A stretch of DNA of 64,000 nt from Myxococcota bacterium (GTDB lineage Bacteria; Myxococcota; UBA4151), in NCBI GenBank assembly GCA_040260805.1, contig JBDQPD010000001.1:1-64000 (forward strand). Direction: 5' to 3'. The notes under the pieces are model-generated. The model was given only the letters and a program-made list of their open reading frames with translations. It was not told the DNA's origin and made no database searches. The number at the start of each line of letters is the position of its first letter. The stretch's first letter is position 1. The position numbers and the translations under genes were made by a program. Positions 52,670 to 61,940 of this stretch are shown here, in pieces.

Positions 52670-54279
52670 ACCGTTCCCCTAAGTACATCTTTTTTACCGG
52701 CGGTGTGGTTTCGTCGCTCGGTAAAGGGCTCGCCGCGGCGTCGACCGCAGCGCTGCTTGAAGCGCGCGGCCTGACCGTGACCAACATGAAGATGGATCCT
52801 TATCTCAATGTCGACCCTGGCACCATGAGCCCTTACCAGCACGGTGAGGTTTTTGTGACCGATGATGGCGCCGAAACGGATCTGGATTTAGGTCATTATG
52901 AGCGCTTTACCCACAGCCGTTTGAGCCAAGCCAACAACATCACCAGTGGTCGCGTGTATTGGTCGGTGCTCGAGCGCGAGCGTCGCGGTGATTACCTCGG
53001 CAAGACCATCCAGGTGATTCCGCATATTACCGACGAAATTAAGCGCCGTATTCGGGACACCGCTCATCAAAGCGGCGCTGACATCTGCATCGTCGAGATC
53101 GGCGGAACGGTCGGTGATATTGAGAGCTTACCGTTCCTTGAAGCCATCCGTCAGATTCGCAACGAAGAGGGTCATCAAAATACAGCGCTTGTTCATCTCA
53201 CGCTGGTCCCCTTCATCGCCGCTGCGGGCGAGATGAAGACGAAACCGACGCAGCATTCGGTGAAAGAGCTGCTCAGCATCGGTCTAGGTTGCGACTTTTT
53301 ACTCTGTCGCTCGGAAGATGTTCTCGCTGAGGAGCTCAAACAAAAGATCTCTGCCTTTTGCAATGTACCACCACGAGCGGTGATCTCTGCTTATGATGTG
53401 CGCTGCATCTATGAGCTCCCCTTGGTGCTCAACGAACAAGGTCTCGACGCACAGATTTGTGATGCGCTGAATATTTGGACCGGAGCGCCTCGTTTGGAAG
53501 GGTGGCATTCGGTGGTTCGCCGCTACCTCGAGCCTAAGAATGGTGAGGTCACCATCGGCGTGGTGGGTAAGTATGTCGGCTTAGTTGAGAGCTATAAGAG
53601 CCTCAATGAGGCGCTCGCTCACGCCGGGATGCATCATGACGTTCGCTTGCGTATCGAATACCTGGACTCCGAAGAGATCGAGTCCGACGACGCACCGCTC
53701 AAAGCCGTCGATGGGGTGCTGGTCCCTGGGGGATTTGGTGAACGTGGTTCAGAGGGAAAGATCTCGGCGATCCGCTATGCGCGTGAGCAGAAGGTTCCGT
53801 ATTTTGGCATCTGCTTAGGTATGCAGCTCGCGGTGGTTGAACATGCGCGCCACTGCAGCGGCCTTGAAGGCGCCAACTCCATCGAGCTTGACCCTGACAC
53901 GAAGCATCCGGTCATCAGCTTGATGGAGGCTCAAAAAGAGGAGGCGAACCTCGGGGGGACGATGCGGCTTGGCGCCTTTGATTGCCAGGTCACTCAAGGC
54001 ACTCGCACCGAGGCTGCGTATGACGAAGAGATGATCTCAGAGCGCCACCGCCACCGCTTCGAGTTTAATGACGCCTTTCGGACTCAGCTTGAAGAGACGG
54101 GCTTAGTGGTCGCGGGTATTCATCAAGATAGCGGCTTGGTCGAGGTGGTAGAGCGCGCCGATCATCCTTGGTTTGTCGGTTGCCAATTCCACCCAGAGTT
54201 CAAGTCGAGACCCGGCGAACCTCATCCTTTGTTTCGTGATTTTATCGCCGCCTCGATGAGCGCTCGGAGCGCTCAATGA
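52666..54279 (+). CDS. pyrG: CTP synthase
   Basis: [46 protein letters not shown]. Confidence 0.98.
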   Translation: MNRSPKYIFFTGGVVSSLGKGLAAASTAALLEARGLTVTNMKMDPYLNVDPGTMSPYQHGEVFVTDDGAETDLDLGHYERFTHSRLSQANNITSGRVYWSVLERERRGDYLGKTIQVIPHITDEIKRRIRDTAHQSGADICIVEIGGTVGDIESLPFLEAIRQIRNEEGHQNTALVHLTLVPFIAAAGEMKTKPTQHSVKELLSIGLGCDFLLCRSEDVLAEELKQKISAFCNVPPRAVISAYDVRCIYELPLVLNEQGLDAQICDALNIWTGAPRLEGWHSVVRRYLEPKNGEVTIGVVGKYVGLVESYKSLNEALAHAGMHHDVRLRIEYLDSEEIESDDAPLKAVDGVLVPGGFGERGSEGKISAIRYAREQKVPYFGICLGMQLAVVEHARHCSGLEGANSIELDPDTKHPVISLMEAQKEEANLGGTMRLGAFDCQVTQGTRTEAAYDEEMISERHRHRFEFNDAFRTQLEETGLVVAGIHQDSGLVEVVERADHPWFVGCQFHPEFKSRPGEPHPLFRDFIAASMSARSAQ

Positions 54280-55088
54280 GCGCCGCAGTTCAGGTCGGTC
54301 CCTACTCGGTCGGCGACGGCGCGCCCTACCTGTTGATGGCGGGTAATTGCGTGGTTGAGGATCTAGAGACGGCACGCCGCACGGCGGAGGTGCTGCTCAA
54401 GGAAACAGCGAACAGGCCGTTCAACCCCGTGTTTAAGGCGAGTTTTGATAAAGCAAACCGTACCCGCAGTGACTCTCACCGTGGTCCGGGTATGGACGCC
54501 GGGCTTGAGGTGCTCGCCAAGATAAAAGCTGAGACAGGGCTGCCCTTAGTGACCGATGTGCATCTTCCTGGTCACTGTAAACCCGTAGCAGAGGTTGTTG
54601 ATATTCTGCAGATCCCAGCATTTTTATGCCGTCAGACGGACCTGCTTGAAGCGGCCGCTGCGACCGGCAAAACGGTCAACATCAAAAAGGGTCAGTTTGT
54701 CAGCCCCGAGGCGATGCAGCACGCGGTCACAAAGATTCATGAAATGAACAACCCAAGCGCCTTGTTAACCGAGCGAGGAAGCTCATTTGGTTATGGTGAT
54801 TTGATTGTCGACTATCGAGGTTTTGCGACCATGAGAGATTGTGCCCCTCTGATCTTCGATGCGACGCATTCTGCGCAAAAGCCAGCGGGTAGCGGCGGGG
54901 TGACCGGCGGCGATAGGCGCCTGGCCTTACCTTTAGCGCGAGCCGCCGCGGCGGTTGGAGTGGATGGTTTGTTCATGGAGATCCATCCCGACCCCAACCA
55001 AGCCCTTTCCGACGCCGCCAACAGCTTAGATTTTGATTTGTTTAGAAGGTTGTTAAACGAGGTTGAACGATTGCGATATGAATCATGA
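54276..55088 (+). CDS. kdsA: Kdo-8-phosphate synthase
   Basis: [37 protein letters not shown]. Confidence 0.97.
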   Translation: MSAAVQVGPYSVGDGAPYLLMAGNCVVEDLETARRTAEVLLKETANRPFNPVFKASFDKANRTRSDSHRGPGMDAGLEVLAKIKAETGLPLVTDVHLPGHCKPVAEVVDILQIPAFLCRQTDLLEAAAATGKTVNIKKGQFVSPEAMQHAVTKIHEMNNPSALLTERGSSFGYGDLIVDYRGFATMRDCAPLIFDATHSAQKPAGSGGVTGGDRRLALPLARAAAAVGVDGLFMEIHPDPNQALSDAANSLDFDLFRRLLNEVERLRYES

Positions 55089-55576
55089 ACACGCTCCCTT
55101 GGTCGCGCATCAAACTCTTGGTCTTGGATGTTGATGGTGTCTTGACCGATGGTGGTCTTTGGGTTGCTGCGGATGGCTCGGTCACCAAGAGGTTCTTTGT
55201 TCGAGATGGTTCGGGAATCGTTCGTCTGCAGCGAGTCGGTATTCCCGTGTGCTGGTTGACCGGCCGCGCCGACCCTGCTGTGGCTCGACGCGCAGAGGAG
55301 CTAAAGATCGCTCGTCTGATCGCTGGAAGTCACGACAAAGCGGATGCGCTTCACAGCCTGAGCCTGGGTATGGGCGTTTCTTTGGACGAGATTGCTTATG
55401 TGGGCGATGATCTGCTCGACCTGCCGGCAATTCGGTTGGCCGGTTTATCGGTTGCTCCTTGTGACGCTTCAGCCGAGGTCCGGGACGAAGTCGACTGGGT
55501 CTCGGATATTGCGGGCGGACAAGGCGTGGTACGCTGGGTCTGTGATCGTCTCATCGCCGAGCAAAAGGAAGATTAG
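55085..55576 (+). CDS. kdsC: Kdo-8-phosphate phosphatase
   Basis: LDVDGVLTDG, F.VRDG.G, GDD..D, GG.G.VR. Confidence 0.93.
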   Translation: MNTLPWSRIKLLVLDVDGVLTDGGLWVAADGSVTKRFFVRDGSGIVRLQRVGIPVCWLTGRADPAVARRAEELKIARLIAGSHDKADALHSLSLGMGVSLDEIAYVGDDLLDLPAIRLAGLSVAPCDASAEVRDEVDWVSDIAGGQGVVRWVCDRLIAEQKED

Positions 55577-55579
55577 ATC

Positions 55580-56008
55580 GTGTTTTTGGCAACGCTCTTA
55601 CTGCTGGCAGCACCGACAAAAGCGGACAATGAGGTCCACTTTCAGGCGGATAATTGCAGCTATGGTCGAGCGATGTCTGAAGCCGTTTGTAGTGGTCGTG
55701 TGCAGGTTCGCCGCGGCGATGCTCGGCTACGTTGTCGCAGTTTGACGGTTCGATTCGGCGATGACGGCCGCATTGATCAGCTGGACTGCGTGGGCGCGGT
55801 CAAGTTTCGTCGGGGTGAGGTTGAAGAAGCCACCAGTGAGCGAGCGGCTTATACCCGTAACGACGCTAAAGTTGTTCTGCAGGGCGAAGCCAAGCTTCGG
55901 CGTGGGCGCGCCCGACTCGCTGGAGACCGTGTGATCTTCTTGCTCGATCAAGATAAGGTACGTGTTGAAGGTCAAGCGCGTGGTCACTTCGATAACGAGG
56001 CGCGTTAG
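55580..56008 (+). CDS. lptA: LPS transport periplasmic protein LptA/OstA-like
   Basis: Signal peptide, beta-jellyroll pattern (G.V.V.RGD, L.GDRV). Precedes lptB. Confidence 0.75.
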   Translation: MFLATLLLLAAPTKADNEVHFQADNCSYGRAMSEAVCSGRVQVRRGDARLRCRSLTVRFGDDGRIDQLDCVGAVKFRRGEVEEATSERAAYTRNDAKVVLQGEAKLRRGRARLAGDRVIFLLDQDKVRVEGQARGHFDNEAR

Positions 56009-56730
56009 TGGCTGCATTGCTTGAGGCGCGTGGCTTGGTTCGGCACTTTGGCGAGCGCCGAGTGGTTGATGAGGTCAGCTTGAGTTTGGACTCAGGTCAG
56101 GTTTTGGGTTTGCTGGGACCCAATGGCGCCGGAAAGACGACGACTTTTCGAATGATCGCCGGGTTGCTCAAGCCCGACCGCGGGAGCGTTTTCATCGATG
56201 GAGAGGATGTCACTAAGCTTCCTTTGTATCGACGCGCCGGGCGGGGTCTGGGTTATCTCGCTCAGCGCGGCGGATTGTTTCCAGGGTTGGATGTGCGCGC
56301 TAATTTGATGGTAGCCGGCGAGATCGCAGGCTTAGCTCCGCCGGACGCCCGCGCTCGAGCGGACGAGCTGATCGAGCGTCTAAGCCTTGGTCATGTCTCT
56401 GATGGTCGAGAGCAGACGCTCAGTGGCGGTGAGCGGCGTCGCGCAGAGATCGCTCGAGCGTTGATGGTTCGCCCGCGGATGCTCTTGTTTGATGAGCCCT
56501 TCGCTGGCGTTGACCCCATGGCGGTGAGTTCGCTTCAGGATGAGATGCGTGCGCTGGCGGATACTGGCTTATCGATTTTGATTACGGATCACGCTGTGGC
56601 CGCTACTTTTTCTATTTGTGATCAAGTCGCTGTGCTGAACGAGGGGCGAGTGTTGGTGTCGGGTCCACCGGCTAAAGTTGAAGCTGACCCACGGGTTCGA
56701 GCGACTTACTTGGGGCCGCCAAGCGCTTAG
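56008..56730 (+). CDS. lptB: LPS export ABC ATPase LptB
   Basis: GPNGAGKTT, LSGGERRR.EIAR, DEPFAGVDP, ITDH, VR..YLG. Confidence 0.96.
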   Translation: MAALLEARGLVRHFGERRVVDEVSLSLDSGQVLGLLGPNGAGKTTTFRMIAGLLKPDRGSVFIDGEDVTKLPLYRRAGRGLGYLAQRGGLFPGLDVRANLMVAGEIAGLAPPDARARADELIERLSLGHVSDGREQTLSGGERRRAEIARALMVRPRMLLFDEPFAGVDPMAVSSLQDEMRALADTGLSILITDHAVAATFSICDQVAVLNEGRVLVSGPPAKVEADPRVRATYLGPPSA

Positions 56731-56804
56731 GCAGAACGCCTCGTTCAGCGGCGGCCCCTTGCGTCGCAGCGCCGACCGCACCACACTCCGTCTAGGAGTA
56801 CCGG

Positions 56805-58286
56805 TTGTTCCCGTCCCTACAACACAATTTAAAGATCACCACGCAGCTGCGCATGACGCCGCAACTGCAGCAGGCGGTTAAGCTGCTGCAGTACAACCGT
56901 GCTGAGCTGGTTGAGTTCATCAATTCGGAAATGCTTGAAAATCCGACGTTAGAGGAAAAGCCACCAGAAGACCGATCCACCGAGACCAGTGACGGACAGA
57001 CCTTCAGCCAAAGCGCTGAAGCGGAGCAAGCGCATTCGGCGACAGCGCAAAGCGCCGAGCACGCGAGCGACAGTGAGGCCGTTCACAACACTCAAATCGA
57101 CTGGAACCGAGTCGATATGAACGACACGATCCACCGGTTCCAAGGCGTTCGGCCTGCCGACGACTTGCCTGGTTACGATCAAACGCTGACGCGCTCAGAG
57201 ACATTGACCGAGCACCTGATCTGGCAGCTGCGCATGCTCCGCCTTGAGCGACCCGTCCTCGAAGTCGCCGTCGAGTTGGTCCACAACCTCGATGAGAAAG
57301 GCTGGTTTTCTGAGGGCTTAGATGGCTGGAAGGCCTATGTGAGCAATTCGGACCACCCGGCAAAAACGCTTGAGCGTGCTCGTCAAGAGCTTCTAGAGCT
57401 CGACCCGATTGGTGTGGGCGCTTTGGATTTGAAAGAGTGCCTTCTCGTTCAACTCCGGGCGCTGAACTTAGACAATAGCCACGCTTATTTGTTGGTTGAT
57501 CAGCATCTTGAATCACTCGGCAGCCGCGATCTTCGTCAGGTCTCCAAACAGGTCGGAATCACCGTCGAAGAACTCGAAGAAGCGAAAGTGGCAATTGGCT
57601 GTTTAGAGCCCCGCCCAGGGCGAGCGTTCATGAGCGATGATCTAGAGCGCAACCCTTTCGTGACGCCCGATGTGCGTATCTACAAAGAGGCTGATGAGTG
57701 GGTTGTCTACCTCAATGAGGACGGCATGCCGCGCCTAAGGGTGTCTCGATTTTATCAAAAAGCGTATGAACGAGGGGGACTGACCAAAGAAGAGCGGGCT
57801 TATGTGATCGAGCGCTTACGTCGCGCCGAGTGGGTCACTAAATGTATCTTCCAGCGCCAAACAACGATCCGACGAGTCTGTGAAAGCATTCTTAGATTCC
57901 AACATGAATTTTTTGAGCGCGGACCCAAACATCTCAAACCCTTGGTCTTGCGCGATGTCGCTGAAGACATCGGCGCCCATGAGTCGACGGTTTCTCGAGT
58001 GACGTCGAATAAGTACGCCGAAACGCCCCAAGGCTTGCTGCCGCTCAAGTATTTCTTCTCAGCTCGTCTTGCCAGCAGTTCAGGTGCCGGTGATGTTAGC
58101 GCAGAGGCTGTAAGGCAGCGTATCGCTGGAATGATTAAGACTGAAGAAGCGTCCAAACCCTTTAGTGACGCTCAAATTGTGAGGCTGCTCAAAGCAGAGG
58201 GCATTGAAATCGCCCGACGCACGGTGGCTAAATACCGTGAACAGTTGTTGATCCCCGCTGCGGGGAAAAGGCGGGTGAGACGCTGA
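56805..58286 (+). CDS. rpoN: RNA polymerase sigma54 factor
   Basis: MTPQLQQAVKLLQ, HESTVSR HTH, RpoN box ARRTVAKYRE. Confidence 0.97.
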   Translation: MFPSLQHNLKITTQLRMTPQLQQAVKLLQYNRAELVEFINSEMLENPTLEEKPPEDRSTETSDGQTFSQSAEAEQAHSATAQSAEHASDSEAVHNTQIDWNRVDMNDTIHRFQGVRPADDLPGYDQTLTRSETLTEHLIWQLRMLRLERPVLEVAVELVHNLDEKGWFSEGLDGWKAYVSNSDHPAKTLERARQELLELDPIGVGALDLKECLLVQLRALNLDNSHAYLLVDQHLESLGSRDLRQVSKQVGITVEELEEAKVAIGCLEPRPGRAFMSDDLERNPFVTPDVRIYKEADEWVVYLNEDGMPRLRVSRFYQKAYERGGLTKEERAYVIERLRRAEWVTKCIFQRQTTIRRVCESILRFQHEFFERGPKHLKPLVLRDVAEDIGAHESTVSRVTSNKYAETPQGLLPLKYFFSARLASSSGAGDVSAEAVRQRIAGMIKTEEASKPFSDAQIVRLLKAEGIEIARRTVAKYREQLLIPAAGKRRVRR

Positions 58287-58308
58287 GCACAATGAAAAGG
58301 AGAGGTAG

Positions 58309-58869
58309 ATGGAAGTAGCGGTGACCTTTAGGCATATGGAACCCACGGATGCGCTCAAGCAATACGTGGACGAGAAGGTAAGCAAGATTGCTCGACACTT
58401 TGTCAAAGAAAGCGATGCACGAGTCGTCTTGAGCGTAGAGCGCCATCATCACCATGCGGACATTCGATTAAAGTCGGGTGGAGTGGCGATGCGTGGCCAT
58501 GAAACCTCGACGGATATGTACAACTCGATCGATCGCGCGGTGTCTAAGATTGAGCGCCAGCTCAGCCGCTACCAGGGTAAGCTCAGACGCTTTAATCAGC
58601 CAAAGCCTGTAGCAACCGTTCAGCTCCATACGCTCGAACTTGAAGAGGAAACCACCCAGGCACCCGAGCCTGCCACTAAGTTGGTTCGCTCTCGCAGCTT
58701 TGATGCGCACCCGCTGAGTATCGATGAGGCGATGATGCAGATCGATCTCTTGGACAACGCATTTCTCGTGTTCGTGAACGCAGAAACTTCGCACATCAAC
58801 GTCCTGTATCGTCTCGAGTCTGACGAGGGCTTTGGCTTAGTGGATACCGGGAGCGCGATCGGAAGCTAG
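58309..58869 (+). CDS. hpf: Long-form ribosome hibernation promoting factor
   Basis: TFRHME.TDALK.Y, DMY.SID....K.ERQL, C-terminal S.DEA..Q..L....FLVF domain. Confidence 0.92.
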   Translation: MEVAVTFRHMEPTDALKQYVDEKVSKIARHFVKESDARVVLSVERHHHHADIRLKSGGVAMRGHETSTDMYNSIDRAVSKIERQLSRYQGKLRRFNQPKPVATVQLHTLELEEETTQAPEPATKLVRSRSFDAHPLSIDEAMMQIDLLDNAFLVFVNAETSHINVLYRLESDEGFGLVDTGSAIGS

Positions 58870-58892
58870 GTGCGATTGATCGTTAGGGCGGT

Positions 58893-59348
58893 GTGAAGAC
58901 TGTGAAAAATCGCTCCGGCCTTGTTCTTCAGGCGATAGACCTCAACGTGGCTGCGACGAGCCATGTAGAGGTCCTTCGGCGTTTGGGGGCGATGGCAGCA
59001 GAATGTTCTCCGAGTTTGGAGCCGGGGGTCGTCACTGCATCGTTGCTGGCTCGTGAGCGCCTCGGGAGCACGATGTTGATTCCTGGCGTAGCGCTTCCGC
59101 ACGCCCGGCTTGCCGAGCTAGATACCGCGGTGGTCTGTGCTGCGCGTCTGACCGATGACGTGACTGTAGATGATGGCCGGTTGAGCCTAGCGATCTGTAT
59201 TTTGGTACCCGAAGACGATCGAGAGCTTCACCTTGACTTGTTGGGGCATTGGGCTTCTTTACTGCGCAAGCGGGATCGTGTGAGTGGTCTGCTCAGCGCG
59301 TCCAATAACGAGCGCTTTCTAGCGCTTGCGGAAGAGGTTTCATGCTGA
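58893..59348 (+). CDS. ptsN: PTS EIIA (Ntr/fructose family)
   Basis: RE.LGST...GVALPHAR (phospho-His), HL.LL. Located in the rpoN operon. Confidence 0.85.
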   Translation: MKTVKNRSGLVLQAIDLNVAATSHVEVLRRLGAMAAECSPSLEPGVVTASLLARERLGSTMLIPGVALPHARLAELDTAVVCAARLTDDVTVDDGRLSLAICILVPEDDRELHLDLLGHWASLLRKRDRVSGLLSASNNERFLALAEEVSC

Positions 59349-60307
59349 CCTTGACGGTCGAAGAACTACTGGATCGCCGAGGCACCTTTCTAGACCTTCG
59401 TTTACTGGCTGGGCGCTCTGGACTCGAGCGTCAGATCACCGCGCCGCGCGTCCAAAAGCAGGGGTTGGTGCTGGTCGGTGTGGTCAACGCTTTGCGCGCC
59501 GGTCGAATTCAGGTGCTCGGTCAAACCGAACTCGATTTTATGGCGGACATGTCATCCGACGCCCTTGAGATAGCGTGCGAGGCGCTCGCGTCGAGCCAGG
59601 CTGCTGCTTTGTTGATCACTAACGGCTTTCCCTGCCCCGCCCCGCTGATGAAGCGCTGTGAGGCGCACAGCATGACCGTCTTGGGTTCTAGGCAGCCCTC
59701 CAGTGATGCGATCTATGCGATCCAAGAGCGGATGGCGGAAGCGCTCGCTCCGAGAACCAGCATTCATGGGGTGCTCATTGATATCTTAGGTCAGGGCGTT
59801 TTGCTTTTGGGCAAGTCGGGCATCGGCAAGTCAGAATGTGCCCTGAGCCTTTTGGCGCGCGGGCATCGCCTCATCGCCGACGATGTCGTTGAGATTATCC
59901 AAGAGGGAACCTCGTTGGTGGGTCGAGGCGTCGAAATGATGCGCCACCTCTTAGAGATTCGTGGGTTGGGTATCGTCGATGTGAAGGAGCTTTATGGAGT
60001 CGGCGCCGTTCGCAACTTAAAAAGAGTGGACATGGTCGTTGAGTTGGCGGCGTGGCGCGAGGGGATGCAGGTCGATCGGTTAGGGCTTGATGAACAGTAT
60101 TACACCCTACTTAAGATTGAGCTTCCCTATGTCGTCATTCCGGTTCGTCCGGGGCGTGACCTTGCGACGATGATTGAGGTTGCGGCTCGAAACCAGTTGC
60201 TACGAGCAGGACAAATTAACAGCTCTCAAGATTTCTCGCGACGATTGAGCCGACAAGTGGAGCGCAACTTTTTGAGCGCTCAAGCGAGCAAAGAAGGCGG
60301 CGAGTAA
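59342..60307 (+). CDS. hprK: HPr(Ser) kinase/phosphorylase
   Basis: HGVL, GKSGIGKSE, LIADD, EIRGLGI, PVRPGR. Confidence 0.96.
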   Translation: MLTLTVEELLDRRGTFLDLRLLAGRSGLERQITAPRVQKQGLVLVGVVNALRAGRIQVLGQTELDFMADMSSDALEIACEALASSQAAALLITNGFPCPAPLMKRCEAHSMTVLGSRQPSSDAIYAIQERMAEALAPRTSIHGVLIDILGQGVLLLGKSGIGKSECALSLLARGHRLIADDVVEIIQEGTSLVGRGVEMMRHLLEIRGLGIVDVKELYGVGAVRNLKRVDMVVELAAWREGMQVDRLGLDEQYYTLLKIELPYVVIPVRPGRDLATMIEVAARNQLLRAGQINSSQDFSRRLSRQVERNFLSAQASKEGGE

Positions 60308-61152
60308 TGAACCGAGTCATTGTGCTGGCGGGCCTCTCGGGCTCAGGTAAATCAACCGCTTTGAACGTGCTCGAGGACCTAGGCTATGCGGTGGTCCAGA
60401 ATTTACCTGCGGAATTGGGCGAAGCCTGGCTTGAATGGGCTCGGCGCGAATTTCCTGATCGATCCTTAGCGATTGGACTGCATTTACCGAGCACGCCGCA
60501 AGCCTTTCCCTCGTGGGTTCGAGAGCATCGCGCTTTGGCGGTCTGTCTTGAGGCGAACGACCAGGTGCTTGTTCGGCGGTTTTCAGAGACGAGACGTCGC
60601 CACCCTTGGTCCACCAATTGGGAGACCTTGGTGGAAACGCTAGCGCACGAGCGGTCGTGCCTGGAGCCTTACCGCGAGCACTGCGATCATCATGTCGACA
60701 CAACGTCGATGCGCGCCTCGGAGCTGCGCGAATTTTTTCTTGAGACCTTTGCGGTCGGCGAACACCGAGTTCAACTTAACGTCGTGACCTTTGGCTTTAA
60801 GCGTGGGGTTCCTCCTTATGTTGATCTGTGTGTCGATGTTCGATTTTTGCCGAACCCTTATTGGGATCTAGCGCTTCGTCCGTTGACCGGTCACGACCAA
60901 GCCGTAGCCGATACGGTGTTAGCGAACCCACAAGCCAAGCGATGGCTTGGAGAGCAGATTGACTCGGTTCACTGGCAATACGAGGCGTTTGTGAAGGCAG
61001 GAAAGAGCTACCTCACGATCGGGGTAGGTTGCACCGGAGGGCGCCATCGTTCGGTGGCGATGGCCTTGGCTTTGGCGGATGGTTTGCGTCAGCGTGGCTT
61101 GGCTGTGAACCTGCGTCATCGAGAAACCCCAGCACCGCAAACCTCTGACTAA
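60307..61152 (+). CDS. rapZ: RapZ/YvcJ P-loop RNase adaptor
   Basis: GLSGSGKS, RRFSETRRRHP, DVRFLPNPY, GCTGGRHRSV. Confidence 0.93.
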   Translation: MNRVIVLAGLSGSGKSTALNVLEDLGYAVVQNLPAELGEAWLEWARREFPDRSLAIGLHLPSTPQAFPSWVREHRALAVCLEANDQVLVRRFSETRRRHPWSTNWETLVETLAHERSCLEPYREHCDHHVDTTSMRASELREFFLETFAVGEHRVQLNVVTFGFKRGVPPYVDLCVDVRFLPNPYWDLALRPLTGHDQAVADTVLANPQAKRWLGEQIDSVHWQYEAFVKAGKSYLTIGVGCTGGRHRSVAMALALADGLRQRGLAVNLRHRETPAPQTSD

Positions 61153-61236
61153 CCGGTGACAATAAAACCGAAAAATAGCCTATTTCAAGCGCTGTAAGCC
61201 TATGGTAGGCGCCCGCTGTTCGAGGGGATGGTGCGC

Positions 61237-61674
61237 ATGATTGGTGTGGTTTTAGTGACACATGGCTCGGTCGGTAAGTCGCTGCTTGAAGCGGCCGCCT
61301 GGATTGCTGGGAGTGCGCTAGAGCATGTCGTTAATGTGCCGATGAATCCCGACCATTCACCGGACGACCAAGCCAAAAGAATTTCGGATGCGGTCGCTGG
61401 TTTTGAAGACGGCGCTGTGATTCTTACCGATCTTTTTGGTGGAACGCCTCAGAACTTGGCGCTGACCTTGCTCGACGAGGGCAGGGTGGACGTGGTCAGC
61501 GGTGTTAATCTTCCGATGTTGCTCGGAATAACGGCAGCCCGGGCTCAAAGTCATGACGTTCACGAGCTTGCTGTGATGCTTCATCGTCGAGGTCAAAATG
61601 CGATGGTCGTAGCCGGTGATACCTTACGTCGTCACGCTGAGGCGTCACGCGAGCTTCCGGCGGTCTCCTCATGA
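61237..61674 (+). CDS. PTS EIIA (mannose family)
   Basis: IGVVLVTHG, TDLFGGTP.N, GVNLPML. Alternative start at 61228. Confidence 0.9.
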   Translation: MIGVVLVTHGSVGKSLLEAAAWIAGSALEHVVNVPMNPDHSPDDQAKRISDAVAGFEDGAVILTDLFGGTPQNLALTLLDEGRVDVVSGVNLPMLLGITAARAQSHDVHELAVMLHRRGQNAMVVAGDTLRRHAEASRELPAVSS

Positions 61675-61940
61675 AAAGAGCAAGCTTTACTCTTCAGAAC
61701 AGGCTCGGTCTGCATGCTCGAGCGGCGGCCCGCTTAGCGGCGGTCCTGAATGAAGCCGCCGGCGACGTCTGGGTGGAATACTCTGGCCGGCGCGTGAACG
61801 GAAAGTCGATCTTAGGCCTTTTGATGCTCGCAGCGCCCATGGGCACGGAGTTCCATGTGGAGCTTGAAGATGCAGACGCCGAGGTGGTCTTAGAGGCTGT
61901 TTCGGTGTTGATTGATAATCGATTCGGTGAGGCCGAGTGA
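61671..61940 (+). CDS. ptsH: Phosphocarrier HPr
   Basis: GLHARAA (His15), KSILGLL (Ser46), RFGE. Confidence 0.95.
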   Translation: MKRASFTLQNRLGLHARAAARLAAVLNEAAGDVWVEYSGRRVNGKSILGLLMLAAPMGTEFHVELEDADAEVVLEAVSVLIDNRFGEAE

